Positions 54,119 through 63,208 of a DNA stretch of 64,000 nt are shown in pieces; the first letter of the stretch is position 1; each line of letters opens with the position of its first letter. Both the position numbers and the translations under genes were made by a program. A model generated the notes under the pieces. The model was not told where the DNA came from. It saw only the letters and a list, made by a program, of their open reading frames with translations, and did no database searches. Location of the stretch: positions 96,001 through 160,000 of the IMG/VR virus record IMGVR_UViG_3300048997_000130; one strand, written 5' to 3'. The DNA is from a virus.

Positions 54119-54793
54119 ATGCCATCGGCTATATCTCATAGAGACCCAGTCTATCATTATTTAGATATAGCCAATTTATTATATGAAACTGATACTATTC
54201 AACATTTAGTCAATTCATATATATCATATTTATCAAAATTAGAAGTTTGGGGGTTCACTATCGATTTTAATATTGTATTGCGCAAGGGTTATGCTATGTT
54301 GTCGCCAAAAGTCCTAATGAATATTGGTCAATCTTGCAGTTCTGGGATTCTTGTTTATGATATGTATTCAGGAGCTTCTTTGCATACAATATTAAACTGT
54401 TCCAGTTTATCAATTATCTCGGACAAAATCTTACGTGGTGTTGTTACTAAATATGCAATAACTAAATATTCTGGTCAGGAATTAGAATTATTTATAACTC
54501 AATTTATGGCATATCAAGGTAACATTCAATTTTCCGGAGGATTCCCACAATTTGTGACTACTAAAATCAATAATAATACTTCTTCGTTATTGAATGACAC
54601 AGTCGTTCGATTATATGGAAAAATCGATGTTATCAAGAATAGTGCAGAATATAAAAAGCGCTACAACGAAGCTTTAGAAGAATCTGCTGAATATGATATT
54701 GGTCGATTACTAAATCTATATAAAGATGTTAAAAATTCAGTGCGACAAGAGATCCTTTCTAAATTCATTGTTACTTCAGTGATGACTGAGTAA
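54119..54793 (+). CDS. family A paralogue with tag
   Basis: ends LSKFIVTSVMTE. Confidence 0.85.
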   Translation: MPSAISHRDPVYHYLDIANLLYETDTIQHLVNSYISYLSKLEVWGFTIDFNIVLRKGYAMLSPKVLMNIGQSCSSGILVYDMYSGASLHTILNCSSLSIISDKILRGVVTKYAITKYSGQELELFITQFMAYQGNIQFSGGFPQFVTTKINNNTSSLLNDTVVRLYGKIDVIKNSAEYKKRYNEALEESAEYDIGRLLNLYKDVKNSVRQEILSKFIVTSVMTE

Positions 54794-54815
54794 ATTCGGA
54801 TTTTCAATTCATATA
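54790..54815 (+). promoter_or_regulatory. GTAAAT-N14-CATATA promoter
   Basis: overlaps the stop of 54119..54793. Confidence 0.55.
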
Positions 54816-54825
54816 ATATTTTGAC

Positions 54826-55500
54826 ATGGCATCCAGTTATCTCAGGATTTACGAACGATTATATATGACTCCTAAATGTCAAAATATTATCGAAAATTTC
54901 CAATCGGCATTATCTTCGGCTAGAGTTTGTGACTACAAATTCAATGTTCGTATTGATAGCAATGATGATCTCATCATTTCGCCGTCATTTAAAGTATCCG
55001 TTAGTCCATTCTTTGATAATTTCTCTGAACCACCAAATCGCAGACATTCTAATAATGACCATTTTTTCTCAATTGCTAGTCATTCTTACAATTTCATTTC
55101 ACGAGATATTTTAGATAATATTGTTGATTATTATTGGTCCAATCCGAAAGGTTATTGGTCCAATCCGGGAAGCATTCCCACTTATGGATGCGATAAAGAC
55201 GTCGTTAAAAAAGGTCGGAGTTTTACGGGGAAACGTAATGTTGATTCTTTCATAACATATTTTCGAGAGCGTGTTGATGCAGAAACTAAAGAACTCCGGA
55301 CTGAAGCCATAAATCGAACGTCCATTCAAATGGACGCCATGATATTGGATCCACAATTTGCTATTAAACGAGATGAAACAGTTGTGCATCATGCTCAAGC
55401 TGAAATTCGGAAAGTCTTGTCTATTTATAAACATCTTGGTGACGACGTACTCCGGACTGCTATTTCCAGTTTTGTAATTGGTTCAGTTATGGACGAATGA
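54826..55500 (+). CDS. family A paralogue with tag
   Basis: ends ISSFVIGSVMDE. Confidence 0.85.
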   Translation: MASSYLRIYERLYMTPKCQNIIENFQSALSSARVCDYKFNVRIDSNDDLIISPSFKVSVSPFFDNFSEPPNRRHSNNDHFFSIASHSYNFISRDILDNIVDYYWSNPKGYWSNPGSIPTYGCDKDVVKKGRSFTGKRNVDSFITYFRERVDAETKELRTEAINRTSIQMDAMILDPQFAIKRDETVVHHAQAEIRKVLSIYKHLGDDVLRTAISSFVIGSVMDE

Positions 55501-55916
55501 TGTTGAACCAGACTTTAATCCTTAATTATATACGTCGATCAGTAGATAATCTGATTATTTCGGAACCTGCTACTGATATGTTTGTGTTAATTAAATTACA
55601 AGATAATAATGTGTTGTATCTTCAACAGTTAGGGCCGATTGAAGATAATGAACATGAATATTGGATATTGGAGCTTCGAAATCAATATAATGGAGTTTTG
55701 GAAGCTATTCGATTTAGTAAAGAAGTCCCATATGCTAGGATTATTAATAGTAGCTTTCATACAGACTGGGTTATGAAAGTCTATGAACATTTCACATTTG
55801 CAATCACGCATTTATTGTCAACAACCATTGATTCGCTTCATGCAGCCGGTCTGAATATTGAAGAAATAAATGACGAAGTTCGACATGTTGTGGTTTCAAC
55901 AGTTATGAATAAGTGA
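55497..55916 (+). CDS. hypothetical protein with tag
   Basis: ends VRHVVVSTVMNK. Confidence 0.8.
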   Translation: MMLNQTLILNYIRRSVDNLIISEPATDMFVLIKLQDNNVLYLQQLGPIEDNEHEYWILELRNQYNGVLEAIRFSKEVPYARIINSSFHTDWVMKVYEHFTFAITHLLSTTIDSLHAAGLNIEEINDEVRHVVVSTVMNK

Positions 55917-56116
55917 TGCGTGCTAGTTATAAATTCGGAGTGCGCTGGATAGCAGAAAATGATGAACCCATCGCTCAAACTCCTGAAGACGCAGTCGGTT
56001 TAATATCTATCTTGCTTTTAGCTGATCTGTTTGGGAAAACGCCAGAGATAGTTGCTCGGGATGTTTTTGATTATAAGAACAAGATGCTGGTGATACGAGA
56101 CGTTATGGAGTCGTAA
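55913..56116 (+). CDS. small hypothetical protein with tag
   Basis: WIAENDEP..LLADLFGK; ends MLVIRDVMES. Confidence 0.8.
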   Translation: MMRASYKFGVRWIAENDEPIAQTPEDAVGLISILLLADLFGKTPEIVARDVFDYKNKMLVIRDVMES

Positions 56117-56148
56117 ATTTTACGACTTTGTTGATTATTTATGCTACG

Positions 56149-56343
56149 ATGAGTGATAGATTATTGTGCGGTGTTGGACTCGGATTATTTTCTGTGGCAT
56201 TGTTTTTATATTTCATAATCTTGCCACAAACCTCGCCAGCTAAACGTCTCGGGCTGCATCGAGAAGTCATGTTGATGATTCTCCTTGGAGTAGCCTTCAT
56301 AGCTTCTACTTTAATTAGCTGGTGTGTTCGGAATCCAATATGA
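56149..56343 (+). CDS. membrane protein (2 TM)
   Basis: two hydrophobic helices. Confidence 0.65.
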   Translation: MSDRLLCGVGLGLFSVALFLYFIILPQTSPAKRLGLHREVMLMILLGVAFIASTLISWCVRNPI

Positions 56344-56663
56344 AACTGGTGGATTTGGAACCACAATTCTTGAAGGTTATTGATGCGGATTCTCATTGTT
56401 ACGTAGATACGATTCTAGAAGCTCAAGGTTTATTGTTTTTGTGTCCATTATGTTTTATTAATAATAATGGTCCGATTGGAACACATTCAATATTGACTTG
56501 GTTCCGTGATAGAGGCGTTCCAGACGATCAAATTCCCATCCCTGGCCGATGGATAATGTCTGGTTCCGATTATTCCAATTTGAATTTATATCCTTCCATC
56601 CAACTCACGCTTGGATGTAAATGGCACGGCAATATAATCAACGGTAATATTCAGATATTATGA
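56340..56663 (+). CDS. DUF6527-like Cys/His protein
   Basis: LFLCPLC..H..RW..PSIQ..CKWHG.I.NG pattern recognised from memory. Confidence 0.5.
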   Translation: MKLVDLEPQFLKVIDADSHCYVDTILEAQGLLFLCPLCFINNNGPIGTHSILTWFRDRGVPDDQIPIPGRWIMSGSDYSNLNLYPSIQLTLGCKWHGNIINGNIQIL

Positions 56664-57061
56664 CATCTAAAGCTAATATATGTTATAGTATACACACTAT
56701 TATCAAGGAATTGATTCATAATATAGAAAGCCATGATATTATCTTATATAAATTCCCGTATAATGTATGTATTAAATTTAGCATGAATTATACATCAAAT
56801 ATGCAAATCAAAATTTGGTCCTTAAGTTGGTCTCGTAATAATGTATTCCAATCCAACATTTGGATTGTAGATTCTACCAGATTACCAGAAAATGTCCAAT
56901 TATTTAATGCATTTTTAAATGAAATTGTTGATCAATTCATATTAGATATGGAATCGATTATTGATAATGCTATCGATAATCTTGCACTATTAAATTTAGA
57001 CGTATCATGTTTACATACAATGATTGATAAAGTTATTGTTAATAAAGTAATGATTACATAA
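56660..57061 (+). CDS. hypothetical protein with tag
   Basis: ends IDKVIVNKVMIT. Confidence 0.8.
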   Translation: MTSKANICYSIHTIIKELIHNIESHDIILYKFPYNVCIKFSMNYTSNMQIKIWSLSWSRNNVFQSNIWIVDSTRLPENVQLFNAFLNEIVDQFILDMESIIDNAIDNLALLNLDVSCLHTMIDKVIVNKVMIT

Positions 57062-57066
57062 ATTAT

Positions 57067-57630
57067 GTGTTGTATATTATTGGAAGAATGAGTATATCAA
57101 AATTAACTGCAGAGTTGAAGGCAATACCATTATCTTCTACTATTGATGAATCAATATTTAATCAAATTATCCATGAATGCCGCATTATAACGAAAATCCG
57201 ATATCATTCATATAATGCAGTTTTAACCCCAGAATTAATCCCGATAATACGAGTTAGATATCGGACTCAACTTTTACATCGGCGTGTGCAGCGTTTTTTT
57301 ATTGCTGGACAACCCATAATTGATCAAATATTATATTCTTTTGAATTGCCGATTCGAACAGCTTTTAAATCGAAAATCGAATTATTCCTTGCTGAATATA
57401 TTGCAAAAATTGAATCTGACGTTCGACAATCTATAATTAAATCCGGTCAAGATGAAAAGTTCCAAGATAAAATCAGATTTAGGCGTTTAGAACGTTATCA
57501 TAAAATCCAATCGGAACAACAAGAAACATTATATACAGAAATTAAACGTGCTTTTGATATTGGAATCACTCGCGATGCTATCGTTACTATCATAGATACT
57601 GTATGTTGCCAAATTACTCATGACGAGTGA
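57067..57630 (+). CDS. hypothetical protein with tag (H variant)
   Basis: ends IDTVCCQITHDE. Confidence 0.75.
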   Translation: MLYIIGRMSISKLTAELKAIPLSSTIDESIFNQIIHECRIITKIRYHSYNAVLTPELIPIIRVRYRTQLLHRRVQRFFIAGQPIIDQILYSFELPIRTAFKSKIELFLAEYIAKIESDVRQSIIKSGQDEKFQDKIRFRRLERYHKIQSEQQETLYTEIKRAFDIGITRDAIVTIIDTVCCQITHDE

Positions 57631-57700
57631 TAAACATGGCGCATTTATCCACTAAGCCGGCTCGAATCACGGGTTTCTGAATCGATGCTGCGAACTAATC

Positions 57701-58120
57701 ATGAATTTTGAATTTAAAATTCGGCAGAAAGTCATTGAATCCCTATCGATCCTACTTGAGAGACATGAACAAAATCCAATTTCCTCGCATATCGCTCCGA
57801 TTGTGTTATTTAATTTCCGTGATATATCGAACATAATTCTATATATTAATCTGAAACATACTGCACATACTAATAGTTTAAGATTTGGATGCGAAATCAA
57901 GCGTGAATTCGATATGGTGACCATGTCAATTCCGAAACCGATTTCATTAAATTGTATTGGTGTACAAGAATTTGTTGATGAAGTGGTCTCTAGATCATCA
58001 TATCATTTAGATAAAGACATCAGAGATTTGATGAATGGTTTCTCTGGATTAGGAATCGGAGCACATGAACTTCATCAACATATGTTGGAATTAATTGCTG
58101 CTGATATAATGGAATCATGA
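57701..58120 (+). CDS. hypothetical protein with tag
   Basis: ends LELIAADIMES; paralogue of 58121. Confidence 0.8.
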   Translation: MNFEFKIRQKVIESLSILLERHEQNPISSHIAPIVLFNFRDISNIILYINLKHTAHTNSLRFGCEIKREFDMVTMSIPKPISLNCIGVQEFVDEVVSRSSYHLDKDIRDLMNGFSGLGIGAHELHQHMLELIAADIMES

Positions 58121-58534
58121 ATGTTTGAATCTAATATTCGGCCGCATGTTGAGAAAGCTGTCCGTTGTTTACTTGATAGATTTGATTCCAATCATTTGGA
58201 TTATGATAAAATAAAATTATTGCGAATTCACAATGAATCATGGGTGACTGTTTCCATCAAAGCCGAAATCCATCCTATTTATAAAGTAGCTTTTAGACTA
58301 TATGGTCACTTTTGGAGACCCAATAGGACGATAGAGACTTCGATATTCCATTATCCAGTATTAGATAATCATTCAATGGAGACGTTCATTGAACAAATAA
58401 TTGACGCGATTTCAGATAGAATCCAAACGCATTTATTAGAATTTATTCAAGCTTGTTCCACGGTTGGTGTTGAAAAACAATATCTTAACCAATATTTATT
58501 GGATCATATTGCTCAAGAAATAATGGAGTCATGA
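58121..58534 (+). CDS. hypothetical protein with tag
   Basis: ends LDHIAQEIMES. Confidence 0.8.
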   Translation: MFESNIRPHVEKAVRCLLDRFDSNHLDYDKIKLLRIHNESWVTVSIKAEIHPIYKVAFRLYGHFWRPNRTIETSIFHYPVLDNHSMETFIEQIIDAISDRIQTHLLEFIQACSTVGVEKQYLNQYLLDHIAQEIMES

Positions 58535-58794
58535 AGGTTCAATTCGAAAACCTCCGATATTTTCTGAAGTGGTATTGGGGGCTAGATTTGCGTCGTGCAG
58601 ATTCCGAATCTGAAACTTCCAGATTCACGGGAATTTATAAAACGGGTTTTATAGTAAGCGGTCCTCGTCCTGGATTTAAATGGAGCAAAGATCGAAGATA
58701 TCGATCTCTTTTAGAAATTGCTAGAATATTTGAATATGATAAATATCGTAGTGATTCGTTGGAACGTTTGGCTGCAGGAGTCATGAATACTTGA
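58531..58794 (+). CDS. hypothetical protein with tag
   Basis: ends LERLAAGVMNT. Confidence 0.75.
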   Translation: MKVQFENLRYFLKWYWGLDLRRADSESETSRFTGIYKTGFIVSGPRPGFKWSKDRRYRSLLEIARIFEYDKYRSDSLERLAAGVMNT

Positions 58795-58799
58795 ATTTC

Positions 58800-58840
58800 G
58801 TAAATCATTCGATATCATTCATAATTACGTCTGGAGATTC
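58800..58840 (+). promoter_or_regulatory. GTAAAT-N14-CATAAT promoter + TGGAGATT RBS
   Basis: full left-arm consensus on the plus strand, ATG at 58843. Confidence 0.8.
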
Positions 58841-58842
58841 TA

Positions 58843-60087
58843 ATGGACGTACAAAGCCGACATCGACAAGAAGACGGGACCTGGAAAATTCCGGACCATT
58901 CGTTGCCAGAGCTCATGCAGCGAGTCGAGAAGCTCAATAAGAGGACCAAGAAGACTAGCGGGAACGGACTTTCACTCGAGAAAGTCGGAGAATGCACGGA
59001 AGAGATTCAAGACGAAGAGAAGGCATTTCCTGACGTCAGGAAATATGTTTTTATCAAAATTTCCGGCGAAATCCCTGTCATTAATGGTCATGCGTTTATT
59101 GCTCGCATTGAACATCATGTTACCGGCAATATCATATCGAAATCCCCACGATTTTTTGATTTCCCGTTGGCCGAGGAATTTCGAACCTGCACTGCAAATT
59201 GCGAACACTGTAATACGCTTCGGCAACGTAAAGACACCTTTATTTTGCGAACCGAAGACGGGACTTTGAAGAAAATCGGCCGGAACTGTCTTGCTGATTT
59301 TCTTCGTGGTTCGAACGTCCAAGACGTGCTCCAGTTGTGGTCTTTGATAGATTCTATTGAGAAGCTTCTGGACGCAGCAGAATCGGATTTGGAAGGCAGT
59401 TCTAGTGGTGGAGGACGGTCTTACGTTCGTTTGTCGAATTATTTGGCTTGTACGGCTTCTGCTGTTCGGAACTTTGGATGGGTGAGTCGCGCAAAAGCTG
59501 AAGAATTTCAGAAACAAGCTACTGCTACGGTGGCAGATTGGCTATGCGGCAAAGCTCCTAAATCGCCTCGAGAATACGAAGAATGGAAGAGTTGCCAACC
59601 CACGGCAGTAGATTTGGCAACGGCCAAATCGGTCATGGATTGGGTTGAGACTTTTTCCGGAAAATCAGATTTGAGTGAATATTTCTGGAATATGAAAGCC
59701 GCTTTTGATTTGGGTTATGTTAGCGCTCGCAATTCTGGACTTATTGCGAGCGCAGTCATTTCCTATCTTAAAGAAATGGAGCTTTTGCAAAAGAAACAAG
59801 CTCGTGCTGACGTTCCGGATGGCGGCCATTTTGGCATTCCGGAGAAGCGTTATGATTTTACTAATTTGACTGTGCTCACTGTTCGTAATTATGAGAACGA
59901 TTACGGCACTGTTACCATGCTTATCATGTCAGATGCTGAAAATCATCAGTTTAAATGGAACGCCAGCGGTTCCAAAGATTTCAAAGCCGGCCAGACGGTA
60001 TCAGGTAAAGGCACTGTTAAGAAGCATGATATGTACGAAGGTCGCCATGTAACGATTTTGACTCGTTGTAATTTGACTATCTCCTAA
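58843..60087 (+). CDS. phage-type protein with Zn-binding motif and probable C-terminal OB fold
   Basis: CEHC..R..IGRNCLADF; C-terminal beta-rich GTVKKHDMYEG..T.LTRC. Confidence 0.6.
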   Translation: MDVQSRHRQEDGTWKIPDHSLPELMQRVEKLNKRTKKTSGNGLSLEKVGECTEEIQDEEKAFPDVRKYVFIKISGEIPVINGHAFIARIEHHVTGNIISKSPRFFDFPLAEEFRTCTANCEHCNTLRQRKDTFILRTEDGTLKKIGRNCLADFLRGSNVQDVLQLWSLIDSIEKLLDAAESDLEGSSSGGGRSYVRLSNYLACTASAVRNFGWVSRAKAEEFQKQATATVADWLCGKAPKSPREYEEWKSCQPTAVDLATAKSVMDWVETFSGKSDLSEYFWNMKAAFDLGYVSARNSGLIASAVISYLKEMELLQKKQARADVPDGGHFGIPEKRYDFTNLTVLTVRNYENDYGTVTMLIMSDAENHQFKWNASGSKDFKAGQTVSGKGTVKKHDMYEGRHVTILTRCNLTIS

Positions 60088-60146
60088 ATAATATAATTTC
60101 TTTAGAACTTGATACTGATTTTTTATTATAAAATGGCAGATATAAA

Positions 60147-61163
60147 ATGAAGCTCAATGGGATCCATGCATTCGAATTTAATTATTTGAAAGATGAATAC
60201 CCATTATCACAAGAATGGAGGGATATTCAAGCCTTTGAACATTCTGTGACTGTATGTGATGTTAACATCGTGCTATTTGGAATGTCAGCCACACATAAAT
60301 CCGGAAAAGAAATATCTGCTAGTTCCATTCATGATTTCGAACATATTGCTAGTGGTGGACTAGCTGCAGCATATTTTGAACTGTTGGAAAGGACGGCTCT
60401 TATAGAAGCTTCTTCCGTTCCCCATTTCCCGATTATTAATTATCTTGGCGAAGAATTCGGGCAAATCGATTATACGAGAGTGTTTCCCGGATCACCAGAT
60501 CCACGCTGGAAATATTCATTATCGAATGGCATATCGGCCAATATTGGAAGAGAAGCTGCATGTAAATCAGCCAATTTTGAATTAATTGAACGCGATTTAA
60601 TTTTGAGATCTTGGTATGATAATTTGAAATCTATTAAAGTTTCTAACTGGGTCGAGTTCCCAACATCTTTCAATGATAATTATGACATCCAATCTTATTC
60701 ATTTTCGAATTCTGATCAAGATTGTTCTGTTGTTGGTATATTCGGTTTCCCGAAAATCCATATTCCATTAATCTATGGATTTGGAGCTCGAGCTACTATT
60801 GATGAAGCTATTGCTGTGGCAAAGCGCGAATGCATTCAAAGACTTGGATTTTTGTGGGGCGAATCTATACCTTCGCAAGCTCCGACTTTAAAATGCACTG
60901 CAGAATTCCATCAAGCATTTTATTTATATCCGCCGCATCATATTAAACTTCGGAACTGGTTAGATAATGATCTTGGTCGGATGATGCATGTTCCTACCTG
61001 TAAAATCGAAAATCGACAATTCATCGATTTGACTCCTGATCATTTGAAGCACAAAATGTACGTTGTGAAAGCACTTCTAAAAAGTGAAATCCCTTTAACA
61101 TTTGGACTTCCAAGATCATGCAATCGGATTTATCCGGACAGAACAATTCATCCAATAGCGTAG
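60147..61163 (+). CDS. YcaO-family ATP-dependent amide-modifying enzyme
   Basis: AYFELLER, SNGISA..ELIERD, GFGA..AKRECIQR, C-terminal HPIA. Confidence 0.85.
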   Translation: MKLNGIHAFEFNYLKDEYPLSQEWRDIQAFEHSVTVCDVNIVLFGMSATHKSGKEISASSIHDFEHIASGGLAAAYFELLERTALIEASSVPHFPIINYLGEEFGQIDYTRVFPGSPDPRWKYSLSNGISANIGREAACKSANFELIERDLILRSWYDNLKSIKVSNWVEFPTSFNDNYDIQSYSFSNSDQDCSVVGIFGFPKIHIPLIYGFGARATIDEAIAVAKRECIQRLGFLWGESIPSQAPTLKCTAEFHQAFYLYPPHHIKLRNWLDNDLGRMMHVPTCKIENRQFIDLTPDHLKHKMYVVKALLKSEIPLTFGLPRSCNRIYPDRTIHPIA

Positions 61164-61438
61164 CTCAATACTGGACTACGCGTTCCGGAGAGAAGATACT
61201 CGTTGAAGAAATGACCGATTCGCATATAAATAACGCTGTCCAATATTTGATTAGACAACTAACTGACTGGGATAGGCAAACTGGGATCGATCTTGGCAAC
61301 ATTGACTCCGAAGCCGGCCCGTCTGTAAATCTTCCGATTTTGTATTTTCCGCAAGTTGAATTGGTGGCTGAAGCGTTAACTAATTTAGAAATGCTTCAAA
61401 AAGAACAAAATAGAAGATCTCGTCAAAATTTCTATTGA
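61118..61438 (+). CDS. hypothetical protein
   Basis: WTTRSG..I.EMTDSHI.NA motif; start uncertain. Confidence 0.65.
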   Translation: MQSDLSGQNNSSNSVAQYWTTRSGEKILVEEMTDSHINNAVQYLIRQLTDWDRQTGIDLGNIDSEAGPSVNLPILYFPQVELVAEALTNLEMLQKEQNRRSRQNFY

Positions 61439-61448
61439 CGAGATAAAT

Positions 61449-62876
61449 ATGGCTAAGCGTTGCATTTGGATACCACTCGGTATTGCATTCTGGATTACTA
61501 ATATCGCACAGGCTCAACAGCCGACTCCGCCGGCTTCTTGTGCTCCAGCTATTGCAGCAGCCACGTCTTGTACGTTAAGTTCGCAGTGTCCTACTGGACA
61601 AATTTGCACACTTGACTATAATCAACAGATAAAACATGCTTGGACGTCTGGGCATTGTTTAGATCCAAGCGGCAAAGTTAACGCGCAACCGGCTGTCCAA
61701 GCCGATTTATGTACTTTGCCCATTCCTTATAACTTTTCCGCCGGAGTCTTATATAATTTGCCTGGACAATCTCGAATTCGAATCGAAAGTCCAGGGCTCA
61801 TTATTTATAGACACACTATATTGGCAGGTAACGGTGCACTTTTAGTATTGCCAAATCAAGCGCCATGGTTTACAGCTCTCCGTGTGGTGGTACCACTCGA
61901 TGGTGAATTTATATATGAAATTAACGGGAAGCATGCCAGTTTTAGTGCAGTAGAAGATCTTGCTATAACTCCTGATGCCAATATTCTTCCCAATCCGTTA
62001 TCTGTTCCCAACCAGCATATTGGACTCCAAGTGGCAGCTCACGGAGTGCGTTTATTCAATATTCAAATTCACAGACTTGGAAAATGCATTGAAGTTTATG
62101 GCGAAGGTGGTCATGCCAATAGTAATGCCACTCAAAGCTATTCCACTTTGATGAATAACTGTTGGGGATACGGCGAACGGATCCGAGGAGGCGATTCTAA
62201 TGGAGGCGTGTTCATTGGAGAAGAACTCATTGGTGGAGTCGGATTGCGCGATAGTGCATTCTTAGGAAATCTCCATCTTGGGCCGATGGTTCAAGGCAAT
62301 GATAAAGTCTCCAATAGTTCAGAAGAGGGGCCGACTCCGAAGAAATATTCATTGGATTTTTCCAGTGGGAATTATTCTACAATAGTTCATCCATATATTG
62401 AACTTTCAGAAGCAAAACCTTTAGGAACGTGGACTAATTTGATTGCTGGAGGCCAAGCTGTTGCGCGTTGGGAACTTGGAGAACGCGTTGGGGGTCAGTA
62501 TTCTCGTTTAGTGTTCAGGAACCAAACCAGTGATCGTCGTTACAAATTCATTCTTGGACGAGAAACCGAACCTATGTTTTGGCAAGCTTACACACCTGAT
62601 AACATTGCTGCAGAACCATATGGTCACAGACTAGAATATCGACCTGAATTTGATGCTTGGCAAATTGGAAGTGAAGCTTTCGTTCCAGCAGGTTTGGGTT
62701 CAGATAGATATGTGCTCCGTTTCCGGACTTCAAAAATTATACTCAATGCTGGGATTTTCTCACCTGGTCCGAAATTAACGCCGCTTTCTGAAAGCGGTTT
62801 ATCAATGTGTACTGATGGAATTGATAATGACGGTGATACTAAAATTGATGCGTTAGATCCTGGATGTTCCCCATAA
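61449..62876 (+). CDS. secreted Cys-rich protein with C-terminal Ca/metal-binding-like motif
   Basis: signal peptide ending AQA; Cys-rich N-domain; ends CTDGIDNDGDTKIDALDPGC. Confidence 0.75.
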   Translation: MAKRCIWIPLGIAFWITNIAQAQQPTPPASCAPAIAAATSCTLSSQCPTGQICTLDYNQQIKHAWTSGHCLDPSGKVNAQPAVQADLCTLPIPYNFSAGVLYNLPGQSRIRIESPGLIIYRHTILAGNGALLVLPNQAPWFTALRVVVPLDGEFIYEINGKHASFSAVEDLAITPDANILPNPLSVPNQHIGLQVAAHGVRLFNIQIHRLGKCIEVYGEGGHANSNATQSYSTLMNNCWGYGERIRGGDSNGGVFIGEELIGGVGLRDSAFLGNLHLGPMVQGNDKVSNSSEEGPTPKKYSLDFSSGNYSTIVHPYIELSEAKPLGTWTNLIAGGQAVARWELGERVGGQYSRLVFRNQTSDRRYKFILGRETEPMFWQAYTPDNIAAEPYGHRLEYRPEFDAWQIGSEAFVPAGLGSDRYVLRFRTSKIILNAGIFSPGPKLTPLSESGLSMCTDGIDNDGDTKIDALDPGCSP

Positions 62877-62908
62877 CGCCTTAGACTTATCGTTGATATT
62901 GTTTAAAT

Positions 62909-63172
62909 GTGATACATAATCCAGTTGTTCCAATTGAATATGTAAGGACTGAACTCGGCGAAGAAGCCATGTTAGAAATAATTTCTATATTCGATACTGA
63001 GCAAATTGAATTTACACGGTCTCCCAGCCGAGTTTTAGCGTCTGAATACAGCCATTCTACTATCGAACAAAATACTCCATCTCGAACATTTGTTGCAGTC
63101 TCATTCGATCGACGATATATCTATCAATATGATATAGATGGTTATGGTGAATGGCGCGAATGTGCTAGATGA
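62909..63172 (+). CDS. hypothetical protein
   Basis: 87 aa ORF. Confidence 0.6.
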   Translation: MIHNPVVPIEYVRTELGEEAMLEIISIFDTEQIEFTRSPSRVLASEYSHSTIEQNTPSRTFVAVSFDRRYIYQYDIDGYGEWRECAR

Positions 63173-63208
63173 TTATTTTGGTTGGATTCTGATTGCCAAT
63201 TTCCATGA

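Noticed and set aside
2600-61163. YcaO plus pentapeptide protein as a microcin B17-like toxin/immunity pair
   Set aside because: They are 57 kb apart, with no precursor, McbB/C-like partners or exporter.
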